The notes beneath the pieces are model-generated. The model made no database searches. It was not told the DNA's origin and was given only the letters and a program-made list of their open reading frames with translations. A program made the translations under genes and the position numbers. Below are positions 1 to 12,343 of a stretch of DNA of 64,000 nucleotides, piece by piece. Origin of the DNA: Neocallimastix sp. 'constans' (Eukaryota); the NCBI GenBank assembly GCA_050613775.1, contig JBODTK010000117.1, positions 310,001 through 374,000 on the forward strand. The letters are read 5' to 3'. Each line of letters begins with the position of its first letter. The stretch's first letter is position 1.

Positions 1-665
1 TAATTTTTATTCTATAACCTCCTTACCATTACAATTAATGTTCCTATTATAATTAATATTTTTTTAATATTTTAGTTTAATTAATAAATATAAATACTTA
101 TTTTATTAATATAAATGTTTTTATTAATATTTAATATTTTTTTATATTCTATTGATTAATTTTTTTTTTTATTAAAAAAAAATTAAAATAAAATAAAATT
201 TTAATCTTAATAAACAATAAATAGTAATAACTATATAAATAAATAATTATTAATTAATATTATGGTATTAAAATATATTAAATGGTTTATTTTTATTAAA
301 AACAAATAATAATTCAAACAATAATCAAAGCAATTATTACAATTCGTTTTGATAAACCAATATAATTTAATTTTATGATAAAATATTAAATATAAATAGA
401 CTTCAAAGCGAATAGTAGTTTACCAAAAAATAGAATTATAAAATAGTCTTTTTTTATGGTTTAATTAATTATAATTTTAAAAAATATTTTTTTATTACTA
501 TTTAAATACTACAATAGTTAATTATTTAATACTTAATATATGCATACAATGTATACATATTAAATTATCTATTAATTTTTTTAATAATTAATGTACATTG
601 ATATATATTCATAAATTGCATAAAAGGGCAACGAAAATATTTGTTAAATCTTCAAATGATAATTA

Positions 666-1114
666 AGAATTACGTGGGATCGGGCCAATGGTTAACGCTT
701 GGGGTCAATAGTCCGGAGTTGGATTCCACCTTACCACTCAAAATTAACCCAATTGAATAAGACATCGTCTACACTATGGTCATGCTTCTCAGATGTACAT
801 ATACATACCTGAAGCGGGGTGATTCTGGGTATTGTAAATCCTCATTAGTTAACGTGTTAGATTAGATTTCCTAATTTGGTAGATACATAATGTTATAGTG
901 TATGTGGTTGTGGCTTGCCATATCCAACATCACCAAATCTTGTGGTTCCATAATTCGTCACTAAGAGTATCGATGCCGAAAAGGTATGGCATGGGAGCAC
1001 TTTAAGTGGTCATCCTTATACAACCCCGCTATAAAGTTTATCTGATATTAGTTGTCTGTTTTTGCTAGGATAATATGATCAGACTTGCAAGGGAATGTCT
1101 AAAAAAAAAAAAAA
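666..1114 (+). mobile_element. tRNA-derived SINE-like non-autonomous retroposon (~450 bp)
   Basis: GC-richer island. Head GTGGGATCGGGCCAATGGTTAACGC...GGAGTTGGATTCCACCTTACCAC resembles tRNA A and B boxes with GTGG/CCAC closure. Ends in A14 (1101-1114). Flanked by a 15-bp direct repeat with 1 mismatch: TTCAAATGATAATTA (651-665) and TTCAACTGATAATTA (1116-1130). Confidence 0.75.
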
Positions 1115-1510
1115 TTTCAACTGATAATTATTTTAGATTTGTATAAAAATAATAAAATAAGACTTATACGACTTATACAATAAATAAATTTTTTAATAAA
1201 CAATTTCAAACTTAAATCATTAATGATTTTTATTTGATAAAGTTTTTTAATCATTAACTAAATTTATTTGATAAAATTTTTAAAGTAAAGTGTAGCATTT
1301 ACCAAATATTAAATTTTGTAATAAGCCTTAAATAATAATATTTCAACCTACTTCGTAAAACCATTATTACAAAATTATTATATAATATTACATATCATAT
1401 GTCTTTAATTTTTTCTTATTCTTAATATTTATTATAATATAGTTGTATAAAATATATATATATATATATTAATAAATCATGGGAGAAAAATAAAATAAAA
1501 CATTTTGCTT

Positions 1511-1655
1511 ATCTAGGTTCAAAAATATATTGAGAGAAAAATAGAAATAATTCATCACATTAATCTAGGTGCATAAATATATTGAGAGAAAAATAGAAAT
1601 AGTTCATTTTATTAATCTAGGTACAAAAACATATTGAGTGAAAAATAGAAATAGT
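1511..1655. repeat. 52-bp tandem repeat, ~3 copies
   Basis: ATCTAGGT..AAA.ATATTGAG.GAAAAATAGAAATA starts at 1511, 1563 and 1615. Confidence 0.9.
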
Positions 1656-2400
1656 ACACCATCAATAATATATATATCAATTCCTTTACCAGCAGAACTT
1701 GGATAATAATAATTATTATCATATGGATGTGATGAATTTAAAAAATACTTATCTGGGACATTATTAATAATGAACTATTACTAAGACTGAAATCAAATTT
1801 ATTTTCTTGAATACTGACTTCCTTCCATTTAGTTTCTTTTATGATATTCGTTTTTATCATAATATTTGTTAGAATAATGATTTTTAAATATTGTAGATAT
1901 AGTACAAGTAATAATATTTGGTAAATTTTCAATCTCATTAATTATTCTTTCTGGATATAGATAAGCAATAATAACGTAATAGTCTAATATAGGTCATATA
2001 TGTCTTATTAATTTTGATTCAAAAAGAATTAATTCATAATCATCATAATTATCCTCTTTAATAGAATTTAATGATATTGAATATAAATATTTTTGATTTC
2101 TATTATAGTTAACGAACGAAATTTTAGATTTATTATTTATGCGTTACTTTAGATTAGAAAAAAAAAAGTTAATTCTTCTATTTTTTTATCACTTCCGCAG
2201 GCGTTTTATTTTCAGAAATAATATTATAAATTTCATTCATACTATCATTAACGAAATTATCAATTTTTTTTTTTTAATTTTTTTATTAACTTTATCGTAT
2301 TCCCCAAATTCAGAATTCCCTTTAATAAATATGAGGTAAAATTGATTTATAACTCGTACACTTTGAATAATAATTATTATTAATAATATTTGAATTAGGT
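1656..2400 (-). pseudogene. Subtilisin-like S8 serine protease pseudogene (prodomain to first catalytic Asp only)
   Basis: Minus strand reads IKETKWKEVSIQENKFDFSLSNSSLLIMSQ and then PYDNNYYYPSSAGKGIDIYIIDG, the G.G(I/V)D(I/V)Y(I/V)ID motif of the S8 catalytic Asp. Upstream fragments (IDNFVNDSMNEIYNIISEN, FESKLIRHI*PILDYY) are broken by stops and frameshifts. His and Ser motifs are absent. 5' boundary approximate. Confidence 0.75.
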
Positions 2401-3058
2401 AATATTTCATTTATTTTTGTATCTTTGTTATGACTACTATTGATATTTTGTTTTATTTTATATTATTTTATTTATTAATATTTTATTTGATAGTATTTTA
2501 TTTATAATATTTTTAATAAATTTTTATATTTTATATTATATTAATTTATTATATTTTTTTTATTTAATAATATTTTATTTTTATAATATTTCTTTTTTTT
2601 TTTTTTTTTTTATTTTTATTTTTAATTAAAATATTTTATTTTATAATATATATATATATATATATATATTATAAATCTTTTAGAATTAAAATTTTCATAT
2701 ATTCTGTATATAAATCTATATAAATTATTTATTAAAAAGTAAATCTACAATATTGGACATATCATAATAATATATATTAAAATTATATATATTATGATAT
2801 GAATTGTGTCTGTATGACTAAATTTACTTTTCTTTAATTTTTATTTAAATATTTAATAATAAAGTTTTATAGAAATAATAAAACAAAATAAATAGTGAAA
2901 TAATAAAAATCATGTAAAGTATTAATAAAAAATAAAAAAAATAAAATAGAATAAAATAGAATAGAATAAAAATGTGTAATTATATTAAGTTATAATAAAA
3001 TCTATATTTGTAATATTCAAAAAATATTATATTTAATAATAAATTATTTATAAATCAA

Positions 3059-3203
3059 ATTAAAGTTCACATAATATATTTAAAATTTTAAAGTTTTATT
3101 TATTAATATAAATAAAGTTCTAAAATACTCAATGGATCATTAAACATTTTTACTTAATTTTTATTTTTTAAAAAAATATGTTGATAAATAGTATTGAAAT
3201 ATA

Positions 3204-3241
<38 letters not shown>

Positions 3242-6200
3242 AAATATATAAAAAATGTTTATTTTTTTTTTTAATTTTACTTTATAAATATTTGTAAATA
3301 TTTGTAATATGTTACACAAACTTTTAATAAATTTTATTATTTATTTAATAAGGTTTAGATGTACGAATATTATTGTCATATATGCAAAACTAAAGGTCAC
3401 TCTACTGATCATTGTAAATATAATCTTTTAATTAGAGAAAATAATAAATCAGATGATAATAATAAAAATTATAAAAATAATAATAATAAAAATAAAAATT
3501 ATTATAAAGGATATAATAACAAAAGTAATTATTACTCTGGAAATACTATTAATAACAACAATGATAAATCTAATAATAATAACAATAATTTTTTTGAAAA
3601 TAATAATGAAAATGAAGATGAAGTATACTTTGATTTTACAGGAAATATTTTAGTAATTCAAAATTGTAATTATACAACAATAAATAATAATAATAATTCC
3701 ACACATTGGATGATTAATAGTAGTACTGGTATCAACTTAACTAATAACATCAATAATTTAAACAATTTAAATAAAATAAATAATAAAAATATTATTTATC
3801 CAAATGGTGATTTAGACAAAGTCGAAAATGTAGGTACTTACAATGGTAAATTTAAAAATAAAGATTTTATATTATCAAATGTTTATTACGCGTCAAATAT
3901 TCAAAACAATCTAATTTCCACTCATTCAATATTAAAAAATAGATGTACTATTATAATGAAACGCATAAATAGCAAAGACCGTTTACAAATATACAAAAAT
4001 AATAATTTAATTGCAAATATTTTTGCGAACGATGAAAATTTGACTATAACTCTAGACCTGATATATTTTTGGGATATGCACCTGACTCTCTTGGCTACAA
4101 AATTTTAGATATTTCTACTAACTCTATAGTTACTTCAAGAGATGTTTATTTTATGGAAGATATGCCTGGGACTATAAATAGTACATTCTTTTGTGACAAA
4201 TATATTGATTCTATTATTAATTTTAAGGATTCTTTAATTGAGGGGGAAAGTATTAATGATAATAATAATATTCATTCACAATTAAATAATCCTTTAAATA
4301 ATAATAATAATAATAATAATAATAATTATAATTATAATAATAAATATAATAATAATAATTATGATAATAACAAAGATATTTATAATAATGACAACATTAA
4401 TACTTGTGATAATTACTAAGATATTTATAATAATGACAATAATAATAATAGTAATAAAATTATTAATATTAATAATGAAACTAAAATAGAAGAAAATGAA
4501 TATGATAGTGAATCTGATAATGAATTTTTAAATGAAAGAAAAACTTAAATAAGCAAGAAAAGATCACATAGCAATAATTCAGATGATTCAGATGAAGAAA
4601 ATTTAACTTTCAGAAAAGAAAAATTACAATCAGAAAGTAATAAAAGATTTAAAATTTTAAATATTAAAACAAACGTCCCAACAACGTATCAACAAGCTAT
4701 TAATTCACCAGAAAGTGAAGAATGGAAAGAAGTAATAGATGACGAATTAAAAAATATGAACACAACAATGTTATGAAAGTGGTAAAAAAACATACCAGCT
4801 GATGTAAATATAATCGGTACTAAATGGGTCTTTGCCGAAAAGGATAATAAGAAGAAAAAGGCAAGACTAGTGGCTCTTGGTTGTCAGCAAGTTGCTGGAG
4901 AAGATTTTATAGAGACAAACTCCATAACAGTCCAAGCAGATAGTCTAAGACTTACGATCGCTATTGCATCAAAGTTCAACTAGGATATGAAGCAATTGGA
5001 TTTAAAAGCTGCTTACTTGAATACAGATTTGGAAGAAAAGATTTATACAAAGATTCCTTATGGTGATAAAAATTTTAATACTAATAAATTCTGGATACTT
5101 TAAAAAATTCTTTATGGTTAAAAACAAGCTGGAAGAATGTGGTATAATGAAATATCACATTACTTAGTAAGTATAGGTCTTAAAAAATACAAAACTGACA
5201 AATGTCTCTTTGGGAAAATATAATAAAAATAATAAATTAACATGTTTACTAACATTATATGTAGATGATATTTTAATAACAGAAATTAAAAATGAAATAA
5301 ACTATACTGTAAATAAATTAAAAGATAAATATAAAATTTCTAAAGATTCTAATGCAATTAAAATAATAGGTATAAAATATTTATAAAACAAGTGATGGTT
5401 GTAAAATAAATCAGATAGTTTATATTAATAAAATAATAGAAAAATATGATATGAAGAAAATAAAACAAATAAAAACACCGTGCAGGAAAATTACGGAATA
5501 TGAAAGAAATAATTCAATTTTAATAGATCCAAAAAAAAATAAATCTTTACTTGGTGCGTTACTATATATCGCTGTAAAGTCAAGGCCTGATATAATGTTT
5601 TCTGTAAGTAAAACCTCAAGAATACATGAAAATCCAACAGAAGCTGATTATAAAAATTTAATGAATATGTTACAATATTTAAAAGGTACAAAAAATAAAT
5701 TTATATATTATAATAAAAATAATAAATTTATCGGATACTCAGATTCAGATTTTGCTAACGATGAAAAGACGAGAAAATCTACAAGTGGATATATATTTTT
5801 ACTTGGAAAAAGCCCTATTTCATGGAAATCTCTGTTTCAGAAAAGCGTAACTTTATCTACTGCTGAAGCTGAATTTGTTAGTTTAACTGAATGTACTAAA
5901 CAAGCTTTATGGTTCAAAAATTTATTTAAGGAAATATTTAATCAAGATATAAAATTTAAAATTATGGTAGATAACAAAGCATGCATTGCAATTGCTCAAG
6001 ATACAAATTCTAAAGGAAGAAGTAAGCATATAGACTTAAGATATAAATTTGTTCAAGAAGAAATTATGAAAAACGAAATTGAATTAGAATACATTAATAC
6101 TGAAAACATGTTAGCTTATCCATTAACTAAAAGTATCGCAGGAGTAAAATGACAAAAAATACAAATTTAATTTTCAAAGAATAATATTTCTTTAATTGTA

Positions 6201-6470
6201 TATAGTTTTAAAAAAAAAAAAAAAACTTGTATATAATAATTAAAATATTATATAATACTTAATGTAGAGGAAATGTTAAAGTTCAACATAATATTTAAAC
6301 TTTTGTACATTAAAGTATTATAAATATTTATAATATTTGATTATGTAATAATTTGTATGTAAAATATAAAAAGAAAATTTTTTTATGAAATTAATATTTG
6401 GAGTCTTTTAAATACTTTATTAATTCATATAAGTTAATATATAATAAATAAATTTTAATTGAATAATAAT
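3059..6470 (+). mobile_element. Degenerate Ty1/copia LTR retrotransposon
   Basis: Gag zinc knuckle CHICKTKGHSTDHC, decayed protease motif WMINSS, integrase C-terminal remnant GYAPDSLGYKILD..TSRDVYFMED, frameshifted RT (TKWVF, KARLVA, LYVDD) and RNase H GYSDSDFA..RKSTSGY..LSTAEAEF..SKHIDLRYKF, in copia order. Purine tract GTAGAGGAAA precedes TGTTAAAGTTCAACATAATA at 6274, similar to TTAAAGTTCACATAATA near 3060. LTR limits approximate. Confidence 0.92.
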
Positions 6471-6681
6471 ACATTTTGCTGTGTACACACTATATTTTAT
6501 TTATATATATGTCCATTAAATATTTAATACTTAACTTTATGTATTTAAATTTTACATTATATAAATATTTTATTAATCTATATTATTAAATTAATAATTT
6601 ATATTTATTTATTTTTGATTCATTTCATTATTAATTTTATCTGTATTTTACATTTATATTTATTTATTTATTTTTATTTAA

Positions 6682-6838
6682 ATTTCATATATACATTTCA
6701 TTATTTATTTTATTTATATTTCATATCTACATTTCATTATTTGTTTTATTTATATTTCATATCTACATTTCATTATTTGTTTTATTTATATTTCATATCT
6801 ACATTTCATTATTTGTCTTATTTATATTTCATATATAC
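6682..6838. repeat. 36-bp minisatellite, ~4 copies
   Basis: Unit ATTTCATATCTACATTTCATTATTTGTTTTATTTAT repeated in tandem. Confidence 0.9.
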
Positions 6839-7439
6839 TTTTTTTTTTTTTTGTTTCATTATATTAATATTTTAGCTATTTATACTATTCAATTATATTT
6901 ATTATTTTTCTATATTTTAAATTTATATTTACAATTAATAATTATTTCATTAAGTATCTATCTAGTTAAATATTTATAATATAACTATGTATCTATTTGG
7001 TTAAATATTTATATACATATTAATATATCTATTTAGTTATATATTTATATATACTATTTATGTATATATTTAATTATATACTTTTGAATATTTTTTTTAT
7101 ATATATTATTTTTATTATTTAATATAAATGTATAGTTTTTTTTTTTTTTTTTTTTTTATAATTATAAAATATCTTATATATTTATTTAATATAAATTTAT
7201 TATTATTATTATAATTTAATTTAAATGGGTTTCCATAATATTAAAGTAGAGTATTCTAACATTTAATATGATATGAAGATAACACAAAAAAATAAAATAT
7301 TATTTATAGTCTATTCATTATTATAGCGATTAAATTTTGTTTTAATTAATTTATTTATTCATTGTAATAATTTAAATATATTTTTATATATGAAAATTTA
7401 TTTAAAATAAAATTGAAAAGAATTTAATTTATCATATAT

Positions 7440-9290
7440 ATATTACATTACTTTGTTTATTAAATACTTACTAATTTTGACAATATTTGCTTTATAACGA
7501 TTGGAATGCAAAGTGCTTTTAAGCTTTTTCAAAGCTTCGCATAATTTATGATACTGAGTAAATTGATCTAAATATGCATCCATTGAAAGGCAATCTGAGA
7601 AAGGTTTAATATTTTCATATGCAAAATGTTTGGCAATTGAAATCTTCTTTATATACTCTAGGCAGTAGAAAGCAGGACCTTTAAATTTAGAGGGAATAAA
7701 AGCTTTAATTTCTTTACCAACACTGATTGAAGTATTAATAAATTATTAAACCATATCATCTGCTCATATTTCATCAAATTTGGATTCAAGATTACTTGCT
7801 AAAACAGAAAAATAATTATGAGACAGTATATTTGTATTTTAAGTATTACAAATATGTTTAGACTATTTGAAAGTTTTCTTAAGTTTATTAAAACCATCTG
7901 AAAGATTTTTATTGCAAGATAAGAAAATAAGATAATGATCAGAAATATCATTTACAAATGAGCAAGCAGAAGATAAATATACATGAAGAATCATAGCTTT
8001 ATTATAGATAATATGGTCGATACATGAAGATTTTGGAACCTTTAGAATAATAATAATAATACTACTCTAAGTAAGATTAGCAACAGTCCAATCAGGGAAT
8101 ATTTTGAAAATATACTTCTTAGGTTTTTCAAAGGACATATTAAAATCACCTAAAAAAACTACAGGTGAATTTTCCTTATTATAACTACTTCACCATTTCT
8201 CCATTTCAGAACTATAAATGAGCTTCAGGCCATCTATGTTGAGGAAAGTAGATATTTCCAATAGAACATTTTTGATTCCAACCATTCATACTCCAGCTAG
8301 AGCATAAATTGAAGAAAGAAGTGCTAGAATAAAGATGATATGAATAGAAATCTCTGGGAATACCAAAAAACGATTTAATTTTTCTCTTGATTTTTTTAAT
8401 TTTTTAACTTTATTATAATTGGATTTGCGGTCATTAGAATTAGAATAACCTTCACATTCTTTATAGTTAATTTTAACAGACAATTGTAAAGTTTTTTTTA
8501 CTGACCAATATTTGAATTTATGAATGAATATCATATAGAATTTCTTGAATACACATCGGTATTGTCGGATGCCATGTTAAAAGTTTAAATAATATAGAGT
8601 TGAGTTCATAGTACACAATAATTGTAAGATATCTAGAATAATAATACTGTATTATTTGAAATATTTTAAAGTAAGAATTCATATAAAGTAAAAGAATAAA
8701 GATAATAAAATATTAACATAATAATCAGTAAAGTAGAAGAAAGGAAAGATAAATATTCAATTCATTCATAAAGAGAAGAAGAAAGTAAAAGGAAAAAAAT
8801 AAATCAATAAAAAAAGAAAATGAAGGATGAAGGAATAGAATGAAATAGAATAAAAAGAAAAAAGGAAAAAAAGTTATACTTACCTGGCTCAGACAAAACG
8901 ATAAAATATATATATATAAAAGGTTAAAATGAAATATAAAGTATATAAAAATATTAAATATAAAAGTATATATAAATATAGATATATATTAAAAAAATAA
9001 TAAAAAACAAAAGATAAAAGAAGTAAAAAAGTTAGAAAAAAAAATTAAATAGTTCCAAGATCCTTTATGATAAAAAACTAAAAATAAAAAAAAAACTTTG
9101 ATTAAAATAGAAATAAAAATGAAATGAAATAGGTAAATTAGATTTCTAAACTCCTACAAACCGATCATAAATATTAATATTATATATGAACTAGTATTCC
9201 CTGAACCAAGGGAAATACTGATAGTAATACCCCCTCAGAGACCCCACTTCTGGCGATACCCTCCTCAGGGTGAGTCTCTGACATATAATT
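7440..9290 (-). mobile_element. Decayed 5' part of an APE-type LINE (copy A)
   Basis: Minus-strand fragments NLCSSWSMNG, IGNIYFPQ, GDFNMS, SCIDHII and DHYLIFLSC match the endonuclease motifs of the LINE at 15345-16208. IFIHKFKYWSVKK matches IFIHDLQSWSVSK of that copy. Many frameshifts and no RT. The 5' limit is inferred from the structured GC island at 9190-9285. Confidence 0.8.
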
Positions 9291-9299
9291 CTTAATTTT

Positions 9300-10050
9300 C
9301 TTTTTTTATAGTCACAATTATTGCGAACTTTAGTCTTTATTCATTTATTAATTTATTAATTACACTAATATTTTTAATTTTAATAAAAAAAAAATAAAAA
9401 AACGTAGAATTAATAAAATAAATAAATATTATTTGTCCAATTAGAACATAATAATATTTAAAGTAGTAACGTGAAATAAAAAAAAGTAATATTCAAAAAT
9501 AAAGTGTATAAATAAATTCAGATAAAAGCACATATGTAACGAACCTCATTTCCTTATGATTTAGGGTTTGAATTGACTATTTTAAAAGAAATTATTGTCT
9601 TCTCCTTCAGAGGCATTGGCCCTCTGCTAGCCTGTCTTACTGCATTTTCAGCGTTGACACTCCTAGTTAGTTTGCGCTTATACTTTCGGAATAGTAACCC
9701 TTGCCTTGTACTAGCTCGAGGCATAATTTCTGTTACTTTATATGAGTAAAGTTAATTCCTCTTGCAGGCGATTTATTATACATAAATCGAGTACACCCCT
9801 GCTCGGGGTACTATTTCTACTATTATTAACAATATTAATTCTATTGTTAATATTATTAATATTATATACTTCGTTACTACTATCAGAATCAAAACTTAGT
9901 TCTATATTATTCATATCTGTGATAACGGTGTCTACATTACTATTAGATATTGGACATCAGAATCACAGAAAGCTGTAATTAGTACACCTGATATAGGTTA
10001 TTCCTTTTCCATCAACCCTCCATGGACCTGGAAAAAACAGTCCACATCAT
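9300..10050 (-). mobile_element. Composite non-autonomous LINE derivative, copy 1
   Basis: T-run (poly(A) on minus), then the LINE 3' end shared with 10052-10470, a unique ~70-bp segment, an Asn/Ser-rich LINE segment and the CATCAGAATCACAGAAAGCT module. Closely similar to 17430-18118. Confidence 0.8.
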
Positions 10051-10051
10051 T

Positions 10052-11150
10052 GTTTTTTTTTTTATAGCTGCAATTATTGCGAACTTTAATCTTTATTTAT
10101 TTATTCTTATATAAAATACATGATTACTTTTAATTTTAATAAAAAATAAAAAAACACAGAATTAATAAAATAAATAAATATTATTTGTCCAATTAGAACA
10201 TAATAATATTTAAAGTAGTAACGTGAAATAAAAAAAAAGTAATATTCAAAAATAAAGTGTATAAATAAATTCAGATAAAAGCACATATGTAATGAACCTC
10301 ATTTCCTTATGGTTTGAATTGACTATTTTAAAAGAAATTATTGTCTTCTCCTTCAGAGGCATTGGCCCTCTGCTAGCCTGTCTTACTGCATTTTCAGCGT
10401 TGACACTCCTAGTTAGGTTGCGTTTATACCGTAGGAATAGTAATCCTTGTCGAGTACTAACCCGAGGCATAATATCTTTAAAGAGAGTCGCAGATCGCAC
10501 CAAGAATGGTGTTTTTGAATAATCACCAGAAATAATTTGGTTCTTAAACAAAATGTTCCATTTCTTTTAATAATTTATATCAATAATATCTGCATCTCTT
10601 CCACCAAAAAGGAAGTTATACAATCGGTCCCACGTCATATATATATTTACACACTCATTATAAAGAAAATTACTTAAATTAACACGATTTTCACCAATTG
10701 AACTATTCACTACATTAGTAGTAATGATATTATTATTTTCACTATCACTAATATTATTATTTCTATTTTCATTATCACTAATATTATTATTTCTATTTTC
10801 ACTATCACTAGTTCTACTATTATTAACAATATTATTTCTATTGTTATTAATATTAATATTAAAAACTTAATTACAACTATCAGAATCTGTACTTGATTTT
10901 ATATTATTCATATCTGTGACAATAGTGTCTATATCGCCATTTGATATTGGACAATATTTAGAAATTATATAAAATTTTTCATAAAGCAATTCAATATCCA
11001 TAAAATATTTCATTCGAAATTCAGGGAAAAGATAGCATTTAGAAAGCCATTGTTCCAATCGAGGATTACTATTTTTTTCTATAACAACAAGGACACCTTT
11101 CCAGACAATCTTATTATTGATAAGAGATATACCACGATAGTTATTACAAT
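10052..11150 (-). mobile_element. LINE 3' remnant with internal deletion
   Basis: Poly(A) end at ~10053-10063, C-terminal coding remnants (KTPFLVRSATLFKDIMPRVSTRQGLLF; EQWLSKC) and an RT N-terminal scrap CNNYRGISLIN at ~11115-11150. Homologous to 61200-62400. Confidence 0.8.
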
Positions 11151-11179
11151 AAACAATTTAATTAATAATTACTTATAAA

Positions 11180-11385
11180 CTTTTTTTTCTAGACTAGGAA
11201 GAAAATACACTTCATGTACTTTATTAAATAGATTAAAATAGTTTTATGTATTACATTTTTAAAAAAATATATTTTATAATTTAAAGTTAAAAAAAAAATG
11301 TATGAAAAAGAATAAGTAAAATAAAAAAAAAATTTTAATTAATCATAAAAAATATTTGATTTAATAAAGAATAAAAATAAGTTCT

Positions 11386-11420
<35 letters not shown>

Positions 11421-11960
11421 CGGCGTGATGTATACTATGTACAATAGCATGATCACTAGTTGGATCTAAAATAATAAAATAAAGAAATAACATCTTTGAA
11501 ATAGATAGTGTTGTATCCACTAAACTCCCCCCTGGACCACAAAAAAGATCATCAAAAAATTGAATTACTTATTATAGGTTCTGCGTTCGGAACTGTGCTA
11601 TTAGTAAATATGTATTGATGAGAATTAACAGGACTTCTAACTGCACTATTTCTTTGCCATATCGGTACGACATCGTCACTCTTGGAAATAAAAGTGTTTT
11701 TGCCAAGCCTCTCAAAAAGTAAATCAAGAGAGCTACTGATGATTGATATTGTATTAGCAAGATATTCAGCAAGCACCACAATATACGGAATAGTAGACCC
11801 CTGTGAACTTTTTAGGAGTTGTTCACTTAAATGTCCCCGTTCCCTTGTATCGAATTGTAGTTCATCTATTTCTGAAATTCCATCAAAAAGGAATATATAA
11901 AAAACCTGTTTATGAAATTTTCGTATTCTATAATATTAGAATAAGAAGGAAGTAAGGAAA
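11180..11960 (-). mobile_element. LINE 3' end fragment (family also at 53070-54338)
   Basis: Reverse complement matches 53440-54320 (GGAACGGGGACATTTAAGTGAACAAC; GAAGTGTATT.TCTTCCTA.TCT terminus); encodes LAEYLANTISIISSSLDLLFER. Confidence 0.85.
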
Positions 11961-12101
11961 GACTATAAAAAGATTCCCATCCTTTAAATAATATCCTAAA
12001 CACAAGCTTTGGTGTGAATCAATCTTCTTTATTTCCATTTTACAATAGCTACATAAGAGTTTAAATGAAACTATAGAAAATTACATATAGAAAATAATGC
12101 T

Positions 12102-12140
<39 letters not shown>

Positions 12141-12343
12141 GATTCATTACAATGATAATATGTAGAAACTACATAATATCATTAATTATACAATTCCAAT
12201 GTTACTATATATCCAGTTTAGACAATATAAAGCATCAGGTTCACTTTCCACGGTCTTCCAGTATTCCAATTTACATTCTTCTTACTAGAAATCACTTTAG
12301 AAAGGATAACCATCGATTATCATCAGAATCACAGAAAGCTATA
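11960..12343. repeat. ~380-bp dispersed repeat, copy 1 (probable 3' end of another LINE family)
   Basis: Aligns by eye with 17070-17424 from GAC.ATAAAAAGATTCCCATC to GGATAACCATCGATTATCATCAGAATCAC, with scattered substitutions. Confidence 0.85.

Noticed and set aside
1511..1655. Short repeat arrays as CRISPR (also 6682-6838, 24429-24530)
   Set aside because: Head-to-tail units without unique spacers, no cas genes, eukaryotic context.
8876..8888. ATACTTACCTGGC, identical to the U1 snRNA 5' end
   Set aside because: No U1 stem-loops or Sm site follow; better read as a 5' splice site on the opposite strand.
12300..12335. CTGATGA plus hairpin on the minus strand of the 380-bp repeat
   Set aside because: No GAAA after the stem, so it is not a hammerhead core.
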